The position numbers and the translations under genes are program-made. From contig JASCQW010000027.1 in NCBI GenBank assembly GCA_030264375.1, forward strand, positions 26,968,181 to 27,032,180: a DNA stretch of 64,000 nucleotides, given 5' to 3'. The first letter of the stretch is position 1, and every line of letters begins with the position of its first letter. The notes beneath the pieces are model-generated. The model saw only the letters and a program-made list of their open reading frames with translations. It did no database searches and was not told the origin of the DNA. Origin of the DNA: Carcharhinus longimanus. Taxonomy: Eukaryota. This document shows, piece by piece, positions 1 through 64,000 of this stretch.

Positions 1-939
1 AGGATGATCGTGGAGGCGGTCTGTGCGTTAGGAAGTCTAGGGTCCAGTTGCAGAGGGAGGAGCCCGAGAACTGAAAGAGAGACAGAGATTTTTCTTTTAC
101 ATCTTCTTGAGTTCTCTCAAGGTTCATTGGACATTATTTACCAAACCATGGCTGTGTTCTTTGATTTTTGCCACAGGTAGGATGAGGAAGCAGGCCCCGT
201 GTCAACCACAGACAGAATAGAGTTCAAACCTTGAATATTGTTATTAGTCTAATACACGCACCCCCACACCCCCTACCCCCTGGGCCATTCTGACTGCTCT
301 AATAATTCTTACACAGCTCAGTGCTAAAGTTTATTTGATAGTTAGCTTGTGAAGTGTCTTTGCTATTTTACTATGTTAAAGATATCGTATCCAAAATATT
401 CACAGAAATTTAATGCACTAAATCCACAACCCATGTAAATTGGAAGTGGTTCGTAAAATTTCTTGCACCAGAAGCTTGCTATCTGTGGGCCTTGAAGCAA
501 TTAGAATATTAGTGAATCATTTCAACAGCTGCATTTGGATAGTCACTGGCCTATTCTGCAGTGTACCAATCTCCATTGAGTGAACTAGTTTGTAATAACT
601 GCTCTCTTATAGTAAACCGAGAGACTAGCTTTGTTTTGTTAGCAGAAATTTACTACTGCATCTCTTCTAAAAGAAAAGACAGCCTCTGATATAGCATATT
701 CCACACTGTCTGGCTGAGTTAAATACACAATGATTTGTCCTTGTTGTCAAATATGAATTTAAATTCAAGGAGGAACTGCATCTGTCATCTAGTTAACCAC
801 TTGAAAATATTTTGTCATTCCGTTTTGAAAAATTGATATTTTAATTCGAGGTTTTTATTACTTAGATGGGAGAGATTGCAACCAAGATATAGCAAATGTA
901 AGAAGAGGCAGAATTTCTCCTTTACCTTTTCTCACTTAT

Positions 940-1510
940 TGCAAATAAAGGTTGTGACCATGGGTATCCGCTTGGGCCACTATAATACCTGTCTTTTTGT
1001 GGGGTTTGTGGAGCAGTCCTTGCTCCAGTCCTAACTCAGGCCTGCTTTGGCAACTCATTTTTAGTTATATTGGTGACCATATTGGTTCCACTTCATGTTC
1101 TTATCTGGTCCTGGAAAAATATTATTGATTTTGCTTCTAATTTCCACCTCTCTAATTTCCCCCCTCTTTCTTTCTCCATTTACAGCAATAAACTACCAAT
1201 TTCCTTTCCAGTCCACCAACTCCCATAGCTACCTCGACTACAGCACCTTTTACCTTACTTCTTGTAAGGATTCTCCATCCCATTCTCTCAGTTTCCCTGC
1301 TTCCACTGCATCTGTTCATTGATACCACTTTCAAAAATGGCTGTTCTGGCATGTCTCCCTTTTTCCTTACCAAGTTGTCTGTCCATCCCAGCCTGTGGTN
1401 NNNNNNNNNGCCCTCACCCCTTCTCCCCTCAGAACCTTCTTATTCTGACTTTCCAGCCCCCCAGCCTCTGTATTCAAAGGATCATCTTTTGCCATTTTCC
1501 CAACTCCCCA
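940..1510 (+). mobile_element. Penelope-like element, decayed reverse-transcriptase fragment (approximate bounds)
   Basis: Degenerate V-T-M-G...CLFVGFVEQ and TNSHSYLDY motifs typical of PLE RT; frameshifted. Confidence 0.65.
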
Positions 1511-1526
1511 GGGGTGAGAAAACGGT

Positions 1527-2945
1527 TATAGAACATAGAACAGTACAGCACAATACAGGCCCTTCGGCCCTCAATGTTGTGCTGAGCTATGTCCGGACTC
1601 AGGATCAAGCTATCCCTCTCCCTGTCATTCTGGTGTGTTCCAGGTGCCTATCCAATAACCACTTAAGTGCCTAAAGTGTCCGACTCCACTATCACANNNN
1701 NNNNNNNNNNNNNNNNNNNNNNNNNNNNNNNNNNNNNNNNNNNNNNNNNNNNNNNNNNNNNNNNNNNNNNNNNNNNNNNNNNNNNNNNNNNNNNNNGAGA
1801 AGGTACATAGTGATATTGTTGACTCTGAGACCAGGGTCCTGGATTGCAATAAAGGAACTGTGATGGTATGAGGCATAAAATGGCCATGATGGACTGGGAA
1901 ACATTACTGAAAGGAAAGAAAGTGGACAGACAGTGGCAGGCAATTAAAAAATTAATTGGTGAACTCCAGAAGCTGTTTATTCCTATTTGGTGCAAGAGTG
2001 AACATAGAACATAGAACAGTACAGCACAGCACAGTACAGGCCCTTCGGCCCTCAATGTTATACCGAGCTATGTCCAAACCCAAGATCAAGCTATCCCACT
2101 CCCTTTCGTTCAGGTGTGCTTCATGTGCCTACCCAATAGCCACTTGAAAGTCCCTAAAGTGTCCGACTCCACTGTCACAGCAGGCAGTCTATTCCACACC
2201 CCAACCACTCTCTGAGTAAAGTATCTACCTTGTACATGCCTCCTATGTCTCCCATCATGAACCTTAAAGTTATGCCCCCAGTAACAGCTACATCCACCTG
2301 AGGAAATAGTCTCTGTGCGTCCACTCTATCCCTCTCATTGTCTTATAAACCTCTATTAAGTCGCCTCTCAACCTCCTCTGTTCTAAAGAGAAAAGCCCCA
2401 GCTCCCTCAACCTTTCCTCATAAGACCTACCCTTCAAGCCAGGCAGCATCCTGGTAAATCTCCTCTGTACTCTCTCCAATGCTTCCACATCCTCCTCATA
2501 GTGAGGTGACCAGAACTGCATGCAATATTCCAAATGTCGTCTCACCAAGGTCCTGTGTAGTTGCAGCATAACCTCACGGCTCTTAAACTCAAACCCCCTG
2601 TTAATACATGCTAACACATGCTAAGCTTTCTTCACAGCTCTATCCACTTGAGTGGCAATCTTCAGAGATCTGTGGATATGAACCCCAAAATCTCTCTGTT
2701 CCTCCACATTCCTCAGAACCCTGCCGTTGACCCTGTAATCCACATTCAAGTTTGTCCCACCAAAATGAATCACCTCGCACTTACCAGGTTAAACTCCATC
2801 TGTCACTTTTCTGCCCAGCTCTGCATCCTATCACTGTCTCTTTGCAGCCTACAAGAGCCCTCTGCCTCATCCACTACTCCACCAATCTTGGTGTCATCAG
2901 CAAATTTACTAACCCATCCTTCAGCCCTCTCTTCCAAGTCATTGA
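1527..2945 (-). mobile_element. CR1-type LINE 3' fragments (two 3' ends, at about 1530 and 2000), with a short + strand CR1 piece at about 1797-2000
   Basis: Minus-strand ORF LHRTLVRRHLEYCMQFWSPHY...LERVQRRFTRMLPGL...RLRGDLIEVYK is the CR1 ORF2 C-terminus; (ttctatg)n-type tail. Confidence 0.9.
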
Positions 2946-3239
2946 TGATGCTTTCCAAGTCAGTTGCTCAACTGGTTAGCAGCGATGTATTGAGACAGTT
3001 GAAACTAGTTGTTCCTGACTAACAGGCAGTAGTCATTGGTTGTTTGAAATCATTACGAATGAACAGTAAGTGCTGGCCTAGCCAGCAACGTCCACATTCC
3101 ATGAATAAATAAAAATATCACAATGAGACATAGCTTAAAGTTGGCTGACAAAATCAGGAGGATATGCTTTCTGGCTTGTTGGTTCCTGGGTGACCCTAGA
3201 TAAATGCCGGTTATTCAAGTTAGGATTTGACCCAGTTAC

Positions 3240-4075
3240 AACTGATTTTTCCTCCTGGGTCCAGCATGATGCCACCATGCAACAGATATTCCTCTCACTA
3301 CTCTGTCGGTGACACCCAGGTTCACTCCTCCATTATGCCCAACAGCCCATCCCTTTACCATGGTACTTTCCCGTGCAATTATGTAAGGTGCAACACCTGC
3401 TCCTTTACCTCCTCCCTCCTCACCATTAAAGGCTCCAAACACTGCTTTCAGGTTAAGCAGCATTTCACTTGCACCTCCTTCAATTTGGTCCACTGTATTT
3501 GCTGTTCCCAATACAGTCTCTACAGTGGTGAGATTTAATGCAGACTAGATGACTGCTTTCCTCCTTTGCTCAGCCTGCAAACATAACCTGAACCTTTCTG
3601 TTGCTTGCCATTTTGATACAGCACCTTGCTCTCATGCCCACGCGACTGTCCTTGGCCTGCTGCAATTTCCAGTGAAGCCCAATGCAAGCTGGAGGAGCAG
3701 CATTTTGTCTTCAGATTAGACATATCACAGCCCTCAGGGTTCAATACGGAGTTCAACAACTTTAGACTGATTTTTTTGCCTCATTTTAAACCTTTATTTT
3801 AAATATCCCATTTACATTTTTGTCACAATGCAATTCCCGCCACCACACCAGGCCATCTGTCTCTTGTTCATTAGTCTGCTACATCTTTGTTGCTGTCTCT
3901 CTGCTATATTATAGAATACAGCATGTTTCCGTCTCTTTCAACTCTGATGAAGAGTCAAACAAACTCAAGGCGTTAACTCCAGTTTGCTTTCACTACAGAT
4001 GCTGTCAGACTTGCTGAGTTTTTCCACCATTCTATGTTTTTCAGATTCCACCATCCACGCCAATTGCTTATTTTG
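3240..4075 (+). mobile_element. Penelope-like element 3' part: GIY-YIG endonuclease remnant plus terminal repeat
   Basis: GTFPCNYVRCNTC...FTCTSFNLVHCICCSQ resembles the PLE Cys-finger/GIY-YIG region; ends with ctctgatgaagagtca...cagatgctgtcagacttgctgagtttttcc terminal repeat. Confidence 0.75.
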
Positions 4076-4720
4076 GACAGATTAAAGCGTTGTGTTAGAA
4101 AAAAACAGACTGCAATGTATTTTCTTCTTCAGCTGGATGTAATTTGTATGATCATGTTGAATTAGAATTACTATTCAGATAATCCACATTTTTACCTGTG
4201 TGTTGTTACCACCATCATGCAAAATTCTGAATCTATNNNNNNNNNNNNNNNNNNNNNNNNNNNNNNNNNNNNNNNNNNNNNNNNNNNNNNNNNNNNNNNN
4301 NNNNNNNNNNNNNNNNNNNNNNNNNNNNNNNNNNNNAATCTATATTTACTTCAGAAAAAGTACCTTTTCTTCATACCTTCATTGATATCAAATGGAGCTG
4401 AAGATAGATAAGCCAGCAGAATGGGCGCAGAGGTAGCAAGTGGAATTTAATGTTGGAAATTGCGAGGTGATACATTTTAGAAGAAGGGAGAGGTAATGTA
4501 GACTAAACTCAATCTTTGATTGCTCCGATTATACTAGTAGGTATAATTATTTTGGCAGAGCCTTGGGAGAGTGCTACTTTATGACGTTTTAGACCAGGTA
4601 GTAAATTCAGAATGTTGGGTGGAAAGGTGGAAATCGTTTCAGCACCAGTTTTTTTTTCACACCCTCTGATTCAAGAAACCTGCAAACATCTATTTTAATG
4701 TAGCAGTTTATGAAACAGAT

Positions 4721-4996
4721 AAAGTAAAGTTTATTTATTAGTCACAAGTAAGGCTTACATTAACATTGCGATGAAGTTACTGTGAAATTCCATGAAGAAC
4801 CACACTCCGGTACCTGTTTGGGTCAATGCACCTAACCAGCACATCTTTTAGATTGTGGGAGGAAATCCGAGCACCCAGAGGAAACCCACGCAAATACGGG
4901 AGAACGTGAAAACTCCACACAGATTGTGACCCAAGCCGACAATTGAACCCGGGTCCCTGGCTCTGTGAGGCAGCAATGCGAACCACCGTGCCACCC
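4721..4996 (-). mobile_element. tRNA-derived V-SINE (HE1-like head and core)
   Basis: Reverse complement has A/B-box-like ggcacggtggt...gacccgggttcaattg and the V-domain tgtgtggagtttt...gggtttcctctgggtgctcgg. Confidence 0.85.
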
Positions 4997-5752
4997 ATCT
5001 GTATTGAAGTATTGTCTGAAAGTTATATTTCTTCAACTTCAGCATAGACATTGATCAATAACTTGAAAGATTAAAAAATTCTGAACATTTTCTATTTTCA
5101 GTGTGCCAGTGATTCCTTTTCTTTCCTTTTCCCACAATGAAACTTTGTCCTGTTTATTTGTCGTGTATAGTCGAAAAACATTCAAGTTTCATGGAGTAGA
5201 CAAAATCAAAGGAATCCCACTGCTTAGCATCAATGCAGTAATCCCACAAACTGTGACAGAAAATAGTTATTTGTGATATTACACATCTCTTTGATTAAAG
5301 AGAAAATGGAAATTGTAGAATTTTGAAACAAGTTATAATTTAACTGCAGGTTAGTTTGCATTATAAAGAGAAAGTCAGGATGTGATATTTTGGGTGTGAA
5401 TCTGATAATGTCTGAATATCCAAAGCACTACAAACTTGCCTTTTCTGTTTAATAAATTTGACCTGGCCTACTGTGTATTTGTAGCAGATTGTCTTTCTTC
5501 TTCTGAATTCTGCGGAGGTGCTGATGGAAAGATATTGGAAAACAAGGAATATTGTGTACCTTTGATTAAGTTTTCCAAGTAATTGGGAGCTTTTCACATG
5601 TTCCTAAGCAATGGTTTTATCCTGTTTGTCTTATTTAATTCTAATAATTTTGAGAAAGTGCAAATGAGTATTTAGCATGCTGTTGCTTCAAGATATTCAC
5701 TACATCATCATAGCCAGGCTAACACATCACATTTTTTTCTCTCCCCTTACAG

Positions 5753-63815
<58,063 letters not shown>

Positions 63816-64000
63816 GTAAGACATTCTGTGATTTAAAATACTTGAACTGAACCCATAATGTATTTATCTGAAGATCTTCAGATCTGATTTAATCAGTATG
63901 ACAGGTGCAAATTGTTGCTGCCTGGCATCCATATTTCTCCATGTAAGAGTTGTTCCAGGTCCATTTATTTAAATTTCTGCTATGTGGACTTTAATGCTGT

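Noticed and set aside
1-5752. HACE1 exon 1 and promoter
   Set aside because: No MERAMEQL-like coding sequence or CpG island is present; this is intron 1 and the start lies upstream of the window.

Overview
Eukaryotic draft-assembly window with many N gaps. The repeat content (HE1/V-SINEs, CR1, Rex/Babar, Penelope) points to a shark or other elasmobranch; this is an inference. One protein-coding gene spans the window on the + strand: HACE1, the ankyrin-repeat + HECT E3 ubiquitin ligase. I traced 20 coding exons, equivalent to human exons 2-15 and 17-22, by translation and GT-AG boundaries with consistent phases. Exon 1 and the last two exons (with the catalytic Cys) lie outside the window. The exon-16 equivalent is not visible and probably lies in an N gap; exon 15 is split by a false gap. 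Human comparisons are from my recollection of the protein, not from a search. Introns are filled with decayed retroelements and putative MITEs. I found no new multi-gene system. The best second-look items are: an in-frame alternative donor adding 32 aa to exon 11; Penelope-derived fold-back elements with target-site duplications and minimal hammerhead-ribozyme motifs, including a family with an apparent compensatory U3-A8 core; and one such fold-back about 70 nt downstream of the alternative donor.
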